A stretch of DNA of 64,000 bases from the human T2T-CHM13v2.0 reference genome, Homo sapiens, in NCBI RefSeq assembly GCF_009914755.1, contig NC_060934.1. One strand, written 5' to 3'. The notes below the pieces were generated by a model, which saw nothing but the letters and a program-made list of their open reading frames with translations, was not told where the DNA came from and made no database searches. Numbering within the stretch: the stretch's first letter is position 1; each line of letters begins with the position of its first letter. Both the position numbers and the translations under genes were made by a program. Positions 1 to 12,450 of this stretch are shown here, piece by piece.

Positions 1-334
1 CATATTTCTCTTGTGATGCATTTTGCAAAGAGCTTTTTCATTTGCTAGTACCTTTGCTTGTTTTTGATATTTCAGCACCATTAGCATTTTCTTGGGATAA
101 GTTAAATTTTTTAAAATGCTGTTTTTACTTCTTTTTCTTGGAAAAACAACTTTCTTCTTTCTTCTCTTAAAAAGACAGCTCTTATGAGGTAAGCAACATT
201 GGAAGATAAAAGGCTTACTCCAACACATACGACATTATATTGTTATGAGTAATTAATTTTAGGGTTTGTTTTCTATGCAAATTATATAGTTCAGTGATGC
301 CTTAGGATGGAAGACTACAGTGAAATGAAGAGAG

Positions 335-500
335 CTAGGTTTTGGAACTTGGCAGACATGAACTTGAATTCTGATTCTGCCATATAACCAGCTAAGTAAT
401 CTTGAGGAAATTATCTAACCTTTTTAGTCATTCCTTCCTCATTTGTCACATAATATATGTCAAGCATCAAGTCCTGTGTCTGGCACGTGGGAGTGGCCGT
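335..500 (+). mobile_element. MIR SINE fragment
   Basis: MIR core-like 'ttgaattctgattctgcc...gtaatcttgaggaaattatctaacctt...ttcctcatttgt'. Confidence 0.65.
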
Positions 501-829
501 TACCCATTGATCTGCCCTGCTTCCCTACTAGATTCTGCACTCACCACTTCATACTTCTGGCTCAACTTCCTCGAATGCTCGCTTGTCTGTGTGCCTTGTA
601 AATTTTCCTCTGCTTGGCATACATGCTCTGAAGCACTATTGCTCTTCAGAGTTGATGTAGAAGTTGGCTCTTCTAAGAAGTCTGCTTTGACACCTTCTGA
701 CTGGGCTGGACTGTTGTCTCTGAAGTTCCTAACAGCCTCTGTGTTCCTCTCTATAAGCACACTGGTCAGATTGGGTTTTGTTCATTTCGTTTCTCCAATT
801 TGTTAATTCATGAAATGCTTATTTTGTAT

Positions 830-1073
830 AAAAATCGTTCCAGACAGAATACGAAGTTTCTATTAACATGGTGCTTATATTTTAATGAGGAAAATACATA
901 ACTTAAAAAGTAAACAAATATTTATAGTGTGTTGATATAATACAGGGAATAAACTCCCATGATTTATGGCTTTCAGGCTTGTGGTCATTTCTCTGCAAGA
1001 CAATTGGGACCAAATAGCTAAATTTTATAACACTCAATCAGTAGTTCACAACTGATTTTTTCAAATGTCTGGG

Positions 1074-1108
<35 letters not shown>

Positions 1109-1870
1109 CCAGGAGGTAATAATGGCTATGAAAACCAAAGCATGGCAAGGGGATAGTGTGACATGTGGGATGGGGAAGGAATTGCTATGTTATGTAAGGT
1201 GCTCAGGGAAGGCCTCTGTAAGTTGAGCATTGAGCAGAGACATGAATGAGGTGACAATAGATAGTGCTGATATTTGGGGAGAAGAGCATTTTATGCAGAG
1301 GGAATAAATGTGCAAAGCTCTGAGTCAGGATTATGATTGGCATGTTCAACAAGCAGTATGGAAGCCAGTGTGGCATGAGTGGGGTGAGTCATTGCAGGGG
1401 TGGGGGGGTGGGGGAGTTGGGTAACAAAACCAATTAAATAACTGAGCTCTGATGGTATTGTAGCCCATTCTAAGAATTTTTATTATTATTTTTAAAAATC
1501 AAGATGGGAATCCACAGGAGGATTTGAGCAAAAGAGCACCATGCTCTAAGCTGTGGCTAATAAGGGACTTTCTTCCAGCGATGTAGAATAAACTTTCTGG
1601 TACCAAGCACACATATCAGCTAGAAAGCTATTAAATAGTCAAAGAGGCAGATAATGATGACTCGGACTAAGGTCATTATCCAAAAACATTGAGGTGGTAA
1701 GAAATGGTCAAATTTAGGAACTGTTTTGAAAGCTCAGCCAATAGTATTTGCTAATGGATTGGACTGGAAATGGTATGTGAGACACAGTGAGGAGTGAAAG
1801 ATGACTCCAAGTTTTTGGCCTAAACAGTTGGAGTAATGGAGTGGCCTTTTACAGAAATTGAGAAGACTAA
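830..1870 (-). mobile_element. L2 (L2a-like) LINE fragment, interrupted by a (CA)n and a G-rich tract
   Basis: Antisense L2 motifs 'cagggaaggcctct...gagcagagacatgaatga...gaagagcatttt...agagggaa...tgcaaag' and 'aaagatgactccaagtttttggcct'. Confidence 0.75.
1077..1107. repeat. (AC)15 microsatellite
   Basis: Seen directly. Confidence 0.97.
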
Positions 1871-1927
1871 CTGACAAAACTCTCAGGGAATACCTAGGGT
1901 ACAGTAATAATCATGTGCTTATTTATT

Positions 1928-2388
1928 GTATCAGGGATTGGCTAAATTGTGGTAACAAAGAGCTCTCAAAATATGATGATTCAAATAAGATTTAGGTTTC
2001 TTTCTCTACTGTGCAATACCCTGGAAGTGAATGGAGGAGGCTGGTGGAGCAGCTGTACCTCTTGTAGTCATTCAGGCACCCAGGTTTATTCCGTCTTATT
2101 TGATCTGGTGTCACTCAGCTGTTGTCTTTTCTACATGGTTGAAGCTGGCTCATTACCTTGTTGATATTTATCCTATGGGAAGGGAAGAAAGATAAATGAC
2201 AGGGCAGATAGCTTCATGCCCTAAGTTGCACATTTCACCTGCCTTCATCCTCCTGTCTAGTACTTACTTACAGAAAGGCTAGAAAAAGTAATCTCGACAA
2301 AGGCAGCGATCTGTCCAGTAAAAAATTTGTGGGGATTTCTTTATTGAAATGAAGGACAGAATAGATTCTAGGGGACATTTTTGCCATA
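1928..2388 (-). mobile_element. Old MaLR solo LTR (MLT1K/J-like)
   Basis: Begins 'tgtatcagg...tgtggtaacaaa'; contains 'gtcattcaggcacccagg'; ends near 'tttgccata', as in antisense MLT1. Confidence 0.65.
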
Positions 2389-3236
2389 TTTGTTTCACTT
2401 TCCTAAGCAACTTAAGGTCAGGAACTATTATGTTCTCTCTAAGCCCACTGTTCCAGCACACAGCACATGTTCAGTATATGCTGGTTTCCTTAATAATAAA
2501 TTAATTTTATGGAACAGAAATTGTTTTATACTTGATAGTGTGTTTCCTCCTGTGTACTTCTGAATTAATTGCACAACTCATTTTTTATATTTTAGGCTAT
2601 ATTTTAATGTATCTTCATTACTAATGAAGAAAAAGTGTAGCATTTCAATTACCTTTAAGTCAATGTCTTAAATTTATTTATTATTTGGGATGAAGTCATG
2701 ATGAGCAATTGTTTATGTTTTTCAAAGGGTATTTACCTAACACATTTGCTTCCAAATAACAATTCCAGAAATTATATTCAGTGATGAAATAATGAGTCAC
2801 TTTCATATAATAAAATTGCATCACCTATTCCAAATTGCCTAACTCTCAAAATCTCATCTAACACTCTATTTAAGCTGAATGCTGCTGCTGTCTTCGTAGT
2901 ACTATTTAGCTTAAAAATTAGAGAAACTGTATTCGGGTTTAACATTTTTAAACAAAAGGGGCATAAGCTATATAACATTTAAGAATTAATCTTGGAATAA
3001 AGACTATTTTGAAGATAAAATTTAATAATAAAACAAATTGTTAAGACAATAAAGTATTTTTTAGTAAGGCAACTGAGAGTTGACACACAGAACATATTAT
3101 GAATCTTTTGGAAAGCTTGGATTTGTGCTATCAATATGAAAGGAAAGTACCTACTTTTTAATAATACACCATTTTGAAAATTGGCCCTGTCTTTTTTTCC
3201 AAGATCAATTGATCTATCTGTATACCTATGTCTGTC

Positions 3237-3304
3237 TATGTATGTATGTATGTATGTATGTATGTATGTATGTATGTATGTATCTATCTATCTATCTATC
3301 TATC
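3237..3304. repeat. Compound tetranucleotide STR (TATG)11(TATC)6
   Basis: Seen directly. Confidence 0.95.
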
Positions 3305-4019
3305 TGTGTATATTTTGTTAGGTCATCATATGTGTGGAAAACTGCACACTATTTTCCAAATACCTTCAATGGGAATGCTTGAACTTCTGTGCACATCTTC
3401 AGGCCTAGGTCTTTGAATCAAATATACATTCTTAATTTACTAATACAAAGAATTAAATGAAGACATGGATATTAAGGAACATTTTTAGTCTAATGTATTC
3501 TAAGTTCCATGTGGGTAGAAACCTTGTTGGTGTTCCCCGATGCCTAGCCCTGAGCTGACACATGGATGGTGTTTTATTCACTTAACAAATAATTAGCATT
3601 TGAATCTTACTTGAATGCCAAATATACTTCTTGACACTACAACTCCACAAATGATTTGCAGTTTATTTCAGGGACTACATCTGCTCGTTTTTAAAAACAT
3701 ATCACATACACAAAACTTTATTTAATTCTTTTCACATCTAGAATTATCTTCTTATAATTATAATAAACAATACAGCTTTTGAAAACATTTAAGCAGGATG
3801 TTATTAAGCATCTGGCTTATTTTGAATATTATCTACCTGTTTTCCCTCTATGAAATTTTTATTCATTTAATTGTAAAAACTCACACATTTAGTTTGTTAA
3901 GGTTTCTAAAACTTCTGTTGAAGTATAATAAGCCAGAGCTTTAAAAAATTATTTGTTTGACCTAACATAATATCACTTGGACCATGTAAATCTTCAATTA
4001 AGATCATTAGAGTTGGGCA

Positions 4020-4062
4020 GTGTGTGTGTGTGTGTGTATTTGTGTGTGTGTGTGTGGTGTGT
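4020..4062. repeat. Interrupted (TG)n microsatellite
   Basis: Seen directly. Confidence 0.9.
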
Positions 4063-4675
4063 AAATTCTCAACTTTTTAAAGATAGTGAGGAGATTCACA
4101 AAACTATGTGTAAAACTGTCATCAATGTGGAAGTATATGTCATTATGCTCAAGAGATAATTTATTGAGCTAATCTTCATCCTAAGGAAATAAAAGAAAAT
4201 TAGAAAAAACTTTGAATAGAAATGTTTAGCTTTCGATGTCTTCTAATCACTTGCCTGTAACTAAAATGAAACTTAAACTTTTATCATGCATGACAAGTGT
4301 ATTCCTTCAATTCCTCATACCAAATGTATTTCTTTCTAAAAAATACCCATCCATATCATAAAATTACTAGATTTAAAAGGAGCTAAAAAAATAATCAAAT
4401 TTTTCTTGAGGTTTGTATTTAAAATCAGGCTGTATGTCATAAAAAATTTGAAAGAACTGGATTTCATAAAACCTTTTACTATTGAGAGTGTTTTTCCTTA
4501 TGCTTAAACTAATACAACCTAAAACTCTATTTTTAAATTAAATTATTTTTATTGTTAAAAAATAGAGAACTGGTTACGACTTCTGTTCAATTATCTTTGT
4601 TCTCAAGAATGAGGGAGAAAGAAGTATCCCTCAAGTATATTTTTGACTTAGGGAGGCAATTAATGTTCCTAGTCA

Positions 4676-4830
4676 AAAATAGATCTTAAATGTTTTCACC
4701 ACAAAAATATAAGTATGTGAGGTAACGGATATATTAATTAACTTGGTTTAGTTATTCCAAAATGTTCACATATAATAAAACATCATGTTGGGCACTATAA
4801 GAATATATATTTTTTCAATTAAGAAAAGAA
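4676..4830 (+). mobile_element. L1MA-type 3' end fragment
   Basis: 'agatcttaaatgttttcaccacaaaaa...aagtatgtgaggtaacggatatattaattaacttg...aaaacatcatgttg' matches the L1MA 3' UTR end. Confidence 0.8.
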
Positions 4831-5099
4831 TAAGCCTTTGTTATTTAACCTTTATGAACTTATGCTTCATTCTCTGTAAAATAATTAATAAATAATGCCT
4901 TCCTGCAAGGGTGCTTGTGATCATGAATGAAATATTTAGAATTCATTTGTAACATTGTAAACATTTTATAAATAAATACTAAATTCTTTTTAGCATGGTA
5001 AATCCAAATATTTAACTTTCTTCTCATCTCCTTACAATGTCTATGTAATCAAATTTTTCATTATATCAGTCTCAAGAAGTGAGAACTTAAAATTAAATA

Positions 5100-5280
5100 G
5101 GGTGAATGTTTGACAATTGGCTTCGCAAAGAAGAAAAAGAAAGAAAAAAGTTTTGATTTTTAGTCTTTGCAAGTTTTTATGGTGTGAATATTCCCATCAT
5201 GGTCAATTTCAAACTACCAATATGATGCCTGAAAATGCAGAGTTGCTGATGTTTTTGAGTCCGTTGTGGTGCACCCCTGG
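5100..5280. mobile_element. MER63-like hAT DNA transposon
   Basis: 'ggtgaatgtttgacaattggct...atggtgtgaatattcccatcatggtcaatttcaaactaccaatatgatg' resembles the MER63 consensus. Confidence 0.7.
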
Positions 5281-6311
5281 GTATGGTCTTAAAGAACTGC
5301 TTAATCATATTGATAATGGCAGAATTGGTATGTGAATTTGCATATCACACTTTATTTATGATCCATTAACTGTATTTTCCATCAGACAGTTTATTGATTG
5401 TATTTTTGAAGTCAATTCTGTTCAGCTGTGAAATTTCAGATTTCCCTTCAAGTCTCACCTTTGAAGTTGCAACTGACTCAGAAGCTGCATTTGCCCTACT
5501 TGAGAATAACACATCAGGTGTGTTAAAGTTCATCCAGTCCTCACAGTAACATGCTCTGTTATACACGTGCAACCTTTTTATTTATACGTTGTGAGTAATT
5601 TTTGTCTTTCAATGAAAGACAATGTAAAAGGATTTGTGAATTCCCATTCAGTTTAACTTATAACCAGCTAGTTTTCTATTAACTTATCAATAATTTTGCA
5701 GAGAAAATATGTATTTTACAAATTTTCTAGAATTAAAAAAACACACATACTAACAACGTAATAGCTAAATTACTAAGCTGTAGTCAGTATGTGTTCCTTA
5801 GGCCAGAGTCAGTTATTATAATGTACATTATTTCATTTAACTCTTCTAATTCATGCACATATTAGCTATAAATTCAAATGTTCTTTAATTGATTTCCTCC
5901 ATTCTGTGTGTGTATAAGTATATATACACACAAATACACATATATACACACACATACACACACATTAGTTTCTACCAATAAACCTGTAGCATGAGTTTTT
6001 TCACATAAGAAAGCTACCACTTTTGATATACGTTTGCCATTTATTTCTATCAAACATAATTTTATACTTTATCTTCAATTTATTTTCAATTATAGGATTA
6101 TCAAATTATCTGTTGTCAAATTGATTCCAATATGATTATTTCCACCCGGAAGATAAAAACATAAAACCTCATTCAAATCCTTTCCCACCTTTCAAGGCCA
6201 GAGTCAACACCATTTCCTCCATAAAATTCCTGAGATATATATTTAAAAGTAATTTCTTCCTTCTCAAGTCTCTCACATCTTCTTGGGTAAATATATCATT
6301 ATACTCTAGTT

Positions 6312-6450
6312 GACTGGTTCTCAAAATGTGAGTCCTGGACCAGCAGCAACAGTATCTGGTACAAATGAAAATTATCGGGGCTCACCTTAGACCTACGGAA
6401 TGAGAAATTCTAGTGATGATGGCCAGCAATCTGTGCTTTATCAAGTCTTG
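6312..6450. mobile_element. MER5A (hAT-Charlie) fragment
   Basis: TIR-like 'tggttctcaaaatgtg..cctggaccagcagca' and 'cagcaatctgtgcttta'. Confidence 0.8.
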
Positions 6451-6769
6451 AGTCTGATCCTGTTTCTGAATGATTAATTGCATAATTTAGCTCTTTATTT
6501 AGTTGTATGCTCTATGAGGACAGGATTTATGAGTAATTGCATCTTTCATATAGTAAGTACCCAGAAAATATTTATTGAATGAAGTAATATATCAAGAAAT
6601 AGAAGTACAGTTTAAGAAAGATGGGACAATTAACTGGAAGGAAAAAGGACAAGATATTTTATTTGAAAGCCTATCATTTGGAGAAGCGAGAGATGCTCTT
6701 AAAATATCAGGGCTAGAATCAAGATATATGAATACAAACTACGATTGAAATTTTGATTTCAAATTATTA

Positions 6770-6930
6770 AAGTTAGGTTATTTTTATTACATTATCTCAT
6801 TAAATCCTAACAACTCTATGAAATAGATGTTAGACTCATTTCACTAATGAAAAATAGAGGTTCAGAGAGTGTATATTTCTCTCTGTATCAGGGTCATATA
6901 GGCAGGCAGGTTTCAAACCCTGTTCTCTTT
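6770..6930 (-). mobile_element. MIR fragment
   Basis: 'attatctcattaaatcctaacaactctatgaaatag...cattt...atgaaaaatagaggttcagagag'. Confidence 0.75.
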
Positions 6931-7189
6931 GATGCATTTTGCCCGTCAGGTGCAGAGGGTCAAATTTCAACTCTAAGAGATAGCTGGTTCAGTCAATTTA
7001 TTCAACAGACATTTAGCATATATAAATATGAGCCAGGCGCCATGCTAGATGCTTAACATTTAGGAACAAAGAGCCAGTTTCCTCATCTGTTAAATGTGGA
7101 TAATAAATGTACCTAGTACTGTGTGGAGCTGGTGTGATGATTAAATGTAACAGTTATCAAAGCAATAAATAAGACAATCAAAAATTGTG

Positions 7190-7420
7190 AAAAGTTCAAA
7201 GATGGAAAGAAACACTTACAATGAGGAGTTAATAGAAAGGTTCTTGAGTTAGATTCAGTGTCAGGGGAAATTTTTCTAAAGTGGTGACAGGGATGCTGAT
7301 CTAGAATGACTAGTGTCATTTGGCCAGGTGACAGACTAAGAGAAGAGCACCTCAGACACTGAACCTGCATATGCCAAGCTCTAACACTTGGAGTATGATG
7401 GAGATGGAAAGTCACCAGTA
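7190..7420 (-). mobile_element. L2 fragment
   Basis: 'gtgtcaggggaaatttttctaaagtggtgaca...gctgatctagaatga...gaagagcacctcagacactgaacctgcatatgccaag'. Confidence 0.6.
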
Positions 7421-8276
7421 GACCAATGTGACACTAAATGCACTACATACTATCAAATTTTATCCATTCCTAAGTCTTTGTGTTCTCCAGATAAGTCTAT
7501 AAAATGTTATTGATATGACAATAAAGTATATATAAATGTTCCACTGGGAGCAAAAGTTCGTGGTAAATGTGGCATCAAATAAGTCATTTTTTTAAGAGTG
7601 AAGACATAAAAGAAAACAGAAATCTGAATATTTTAGAGTTTGGATAAGTCAGTATTTTGAGCAAACCTGAATTTAGTACAATATCCTCTAGTTTTTCTTT
7701 CTAACATTCTAAGAATAACTGAGGATGCCAGATGGCTTGGAGCACTTTGTCCATGATTAATGTGTTGAACTATTTCCTAACTGGATTACAGTGGCATTTC
7801 TTCTAGAAATTCTCAGATTACATTCCTTCACAATCATACTTACCATTTGATATAAAGTCTGCAATACATGTAGAATGGAAATGCAGTGGTTTGAATCACT
7901 GAGCAAAATGGATGAATTTAAAGTGAAAATAAGTTGTAATAAAAACCTTATGTAAGATCTAAGTAACTCTTTGGAAGACACTACTAACTACAAATGTAAA
8001 TATTTCAATTTAATTACTTTTTTTCTGTTAACAAACTTTGCTTATTTCTGATATGACTAAGGGTAGTAAACAGTGGCTGCTATTTGCTCTACTCTAAAGA
8101 CTCCAAGCCTTTCAATGACCACATCACATCCTCTTTTTCTGTTTCCTGAAACTAGCAGAAAACTTGACATTAATAACCACCACTAGTGTTTGCTGAATGA
8201 ATGGTTGAATGAAGTAGATGTTAACATGTCCAACCAAATAATTGTGAATTATTGTTATTCCAACTCTATGGAAATG

Positions 8277-8518
8277 GAATATCATATACAATGTATTTAA
8301 TTTTTATTATAGAAATCCTAAGACTGACATTAATTCCTGATGTATATGTTATGCATATATATTTATACTATAATTAATTTGGGATTAATGTATTAAATTT
8401 AACCTAATTAATGTGAATAGTATCAATATGATTACATTTATATTTAATTATTTTTAGAAATTCTGACTGATATTAATTCCTAATATATATGTTATATGTA
8501 TATACATATATACTATAA
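8277..8518. repeat. Diverged local duplication, two copies of about 100 bp, period about 140
   Basis: 'tagaaatcctaagactgacattaattcctgatgtatatgttatg...tactataa' recurs as 'tagaaattctgactgatattaattcctaatatatatgttata...tactataa'. Confidence 0.8.
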
Positions 8519-8967
8519 CCATAGTGCCCACAACCATCAAAAATTTACTGTGTAAGAAAAGTAAAAAATGTTGTAATAAGCTAACATTGCTATATTGCTT
8601 TAAAATGCAAGTTTAAAATCATTTGCTTGTATCATCATTGAGATATAGTATCATTTAGATTCACATAAAATGAAATGGCAAGGGAAGACAGTTATTTTGA
8701 AAAAGCAACACTCAAATGTCTGTCTGCTACACATTCACAGTTGACAGGAGGGAGAAATGTTTCTACGTAGATATATTGAGTGATTAAAAAATATATTTAC
8801 ATGTTAAAAACTGGATATTAACCTTAAGTCTAAATATGCACATTATCATACATATGTATTATAAATCTTACAGGTAACCTCTAAGAAATAGTTGTAAATG
8901 AGGAACAATGCAATTGACTACAATTCTATAATATCCTCCACATAATGCATACATTTAAAAAATATTG

Positions 8968-9259
8968 GGCTGGGCGCGGTGGCTCACACCTCCAATCCTA
9001 GCACTTTGGGAGACCAACGCAGGCAGATCACTTGAGCTCAGGACTTAGACCAGCCTGGAGAACATGGCAAACCCCATGTCTACAGAAAATACAAAAAATT
9101 AGCCAGGCATGGTGGTGGGCACTTATAATCCCAGCTACTCTGGTGGCTGAGGTGGGAGGATTACCTGAGCTCAGGAGGTCAAGGCTGCAGTGAGCTTTGA
9201 TTATGCCACTGCACTCTGGCCTGGAAGACAGAGTGAGAACCCTGTCTCAAAAAATAAAA
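8968..9259 (+). mobile_element. AluJ
   Basis: Full dimer with AluJ diagnostics ('gaggtgggaggat...aggtcaaggctgcagtgagc', 'ccctgtctc'); CpG-decayed; short tail. Confidence 0.93.
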
Positions 9260-11833
9260 TTGGTATTAAATGTAAATATCCCAAATCCTTTCTCCTATTT
9301 TTCAACATGTTTATACTGTGGTGGAAGTTGGCCTGAGACATATCTCATATATCATTAGTCTTTGTAAAATACAAATTTGCTAGAATAAGATAATTAATTG
9401 AAAAAAATGACAAGATAACATATATGATGTAATGAAATTATTGATGATGTAACTATAGAGAAAAAAAGCCTTAAACATATCTTCCAAATACACTGACCTT
9501 CTAATAACCAATATAACATTTGTATGCATAATATTAGTACACTAGACTGAATAAGAGAGCTTAATGCAGTAAAATGAAAACTGATGCTCTCCATTTTTAT
9601 ATTGTTGAAATGTAGTTTTTATTATGTATGAGCAAATATATTTTGTTACTTCCATAAAGCACCCAGAGAAGCTTTCACTACAGCTTCATGAGATATTGAT
9701 GACTTGCGCTTAATGATGCCAAATTTCAGTCAACCAGGGATTATGAATATGTAAATTGGTGCTGAGAACTCAGTTGTAAATACTAAGAGGCTACTATTAT
9801 CAAGAAATACATCAAAAAGTAAATTCTTTGGACTCTGTAGAACATGCACTAGCTTTATCCAGCATCTATTTCAAGACTAGTCAAGAAGACGTCTCCTGCA
9901 TCTAATGTTTTGCTTTCTTAAAAAGAAGTTTTTAAAATGGATTATATAGAATAGTAGCTGCAGACAAAACTTAAATGAAGCTAAAAGTGATGATTTAGAG
10001 AAGGTTATAGGATAATATGTTGATAGGTCATAGCTAATTATCGGCTTTATCCGTACATATTCGTTTAAAGTGGTCATCTAACTGATTTGTTCATATCTTC
10101 TTGTACTTTCTGACAGAATAGAATATGACAGTTGGAAAGCGTTAGTAGCCTGAAACCCGCAGAACCACTGGAAGGCTGAAAGTTTTTGATTTTATTCAGC
10201 ACGCTAATCATGTGATAATAGATTGGTCATTCTTCTTGATTCCTCCTTCTTAATCAGGAGTTACGGATTATGGACAAATAACCCTTACCTTTCAGTGCTC
10301 CAGTCCCTCAGACACCTGTTACCAAAAGGTGTTCTAGGTTTCCCTTATTCAAATGATAGCAGTGGAGAAGTCATTCTCTTAAGGGGGACAGCCAAAAGTT
10401 CCAGTGCTTGTTCTGCCCATTACTAGCTGTGTGATCTCAAGTAGATTACTTAGCTCCCCCAAGAAGCTGTTTCTTTATCTGCAAAATGAAAATAATCATA
10501 GTCCCTACTTTGTATTAATAGTCCCTACCACAAAATCCCCTATGTAAAGTTTTTAAGGACATTGCCTATAAAGAAAGCCTTCCATAAATGTCCATCTTTT
10601 ATTATTTTGTTTCATTCCTCTGAACTCTGTGAGCTGTCCACATATCTGTTCTTTTGATCTAATTCAAATGAGACCATAGTAATTGACAAGGTTTTAATGT
10701 GTTATAGTCTCCCCTCTGCTCCATGGCATTTGAGTGAGGACCTTCAAATATAATGCACGGGGCAAATACTGCAGGAGTTTTCGACACCACTCACGGACTG
10801 TCTCTCTGAGGGTACGTTTATGAGAGGGGTGGAATCTGTCAGCACTCTTCAGATCATCCTATGGAGACTTATTCTCTGTACATGTAAGGGCTGCTTGGTT
10901 GGTTATGTCACCTGTGCCTATTGTCTGATTCTTTTTTACTTCTAACCTCAGGGCTGGCCTAAAGGCAAAAATAGTTAAGTAGACTTAGTTTGCTTTTGCT
11001 GTCTGCTTCCCTCCCTTTTAACATACTTTCCCATATACCAGCATCCCAAAGATCCCCATCTTTGAAGTAAAGACAGCTGGTGTAGAAGATATAAATCTTA
11101 TTTAGCAGACAAAGATACCCATTGAACATATATGAAAATGTAAGTATGATATTCTGTCATATAATTGCAATCTAATTAAATGTAATGACTAGCTGTGTTT
11201 CCTTTGTAAACAGTGATCTAAGCCAAATGTGTGAATTTCACCCTGCCTGCTTGCGAAGCAGACCCCTATTAAGATGAGCTTGCATGATTTTGGAGTAAGT
11301 AGGTCTGCATACAAACAGCTGCTGCAGAAATACATGGCATCTCTCATTAGGGTTCTTTCTGGTAGCAACAGTGCTCCTAGACAAACTTTACTTCTAGTCT
11401 TGCTGCAAATAGCTCTTTCCTATATTTAAATGGAGAGATTGGGGGAGAGGGTTCAATTTGTCTATTTCTTAGAATGTAAGGCAGATTATTTTATGTGTTC
11501 TTAATTTCTGTAAGTACTCAAAAAGTGGTGAAAATGAACTCTTTAGGGCTCTGATCTCTTTGATACATCTATTTTATTATTTGGTCTATAAAGATTCATT
11601 TAAATATTTTAACATCTTAATCTTATTTAAAATATAATTCTTATCAATGATAGCATGTATTACTGTTACACCTTGGATCAGGGAGAACCATACAAACCGC
11701 ACTGAGGAGAAGAAAGGATTCTGGGGCAAATATGGTCTCATCCCAACCCATTGCAAAAACAAAAACGAAATCTTCTGGTTCCATTTCCTGAAACAGCACT
11801 TTGCAAATAAAGCTGACCAAGATTATTATATAG

Positions 11834-12154
<321 letters not shown>

Positions 12155-12244
12155 TAGAATTTTTTTAATTGTAATATTTTCCTGGGAGTTTTTCTTATTT
12201 TAGATAAGCAACAAAAAGCTGTTCTTAGAACATACAGTCAGAAC

Positions 12245-12450
12245 TACATTTAGTGATACTCACCATGTGCCAGACACTGTTCTTAGTATGTCACATGTAT
12301 TGTCTCATTTTACCCTCACAGCATCCCTAAAAGAGATAGGTTCTATTATATTCATGTTACAAATGAGGAAATTGAGGATCAGGTTGTCTTCCACTGCAAT
12401 CTATTAAAGGAGAATTCGACACAGGTCTGCATGACCATGGAGCTTGTTCT
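12245..12450 (-). mobile_element. MIR
   Basis: 'caccatgtgccagacactgttct...tctcatttta ccctcacagcatccct...acaaatgaggaaattgagg'. Confidence 0.85.

Noticed and set aside
402-806. 134-aa + ORF and overlapping 86-aa - ORF
   Set aside because: Non-ATG starts, the + ORF begins inside a MIR, no recognisable domain and no splice framing
5366-5572. 68-aa - ORF with an internal AAG|gtgaga donor
   Set aside because: TTG start, no pyrimidine-tract acceptor and no recognisable protein; at most a regulatory block (AP-1 TGACTCA, E-box CACGTG)
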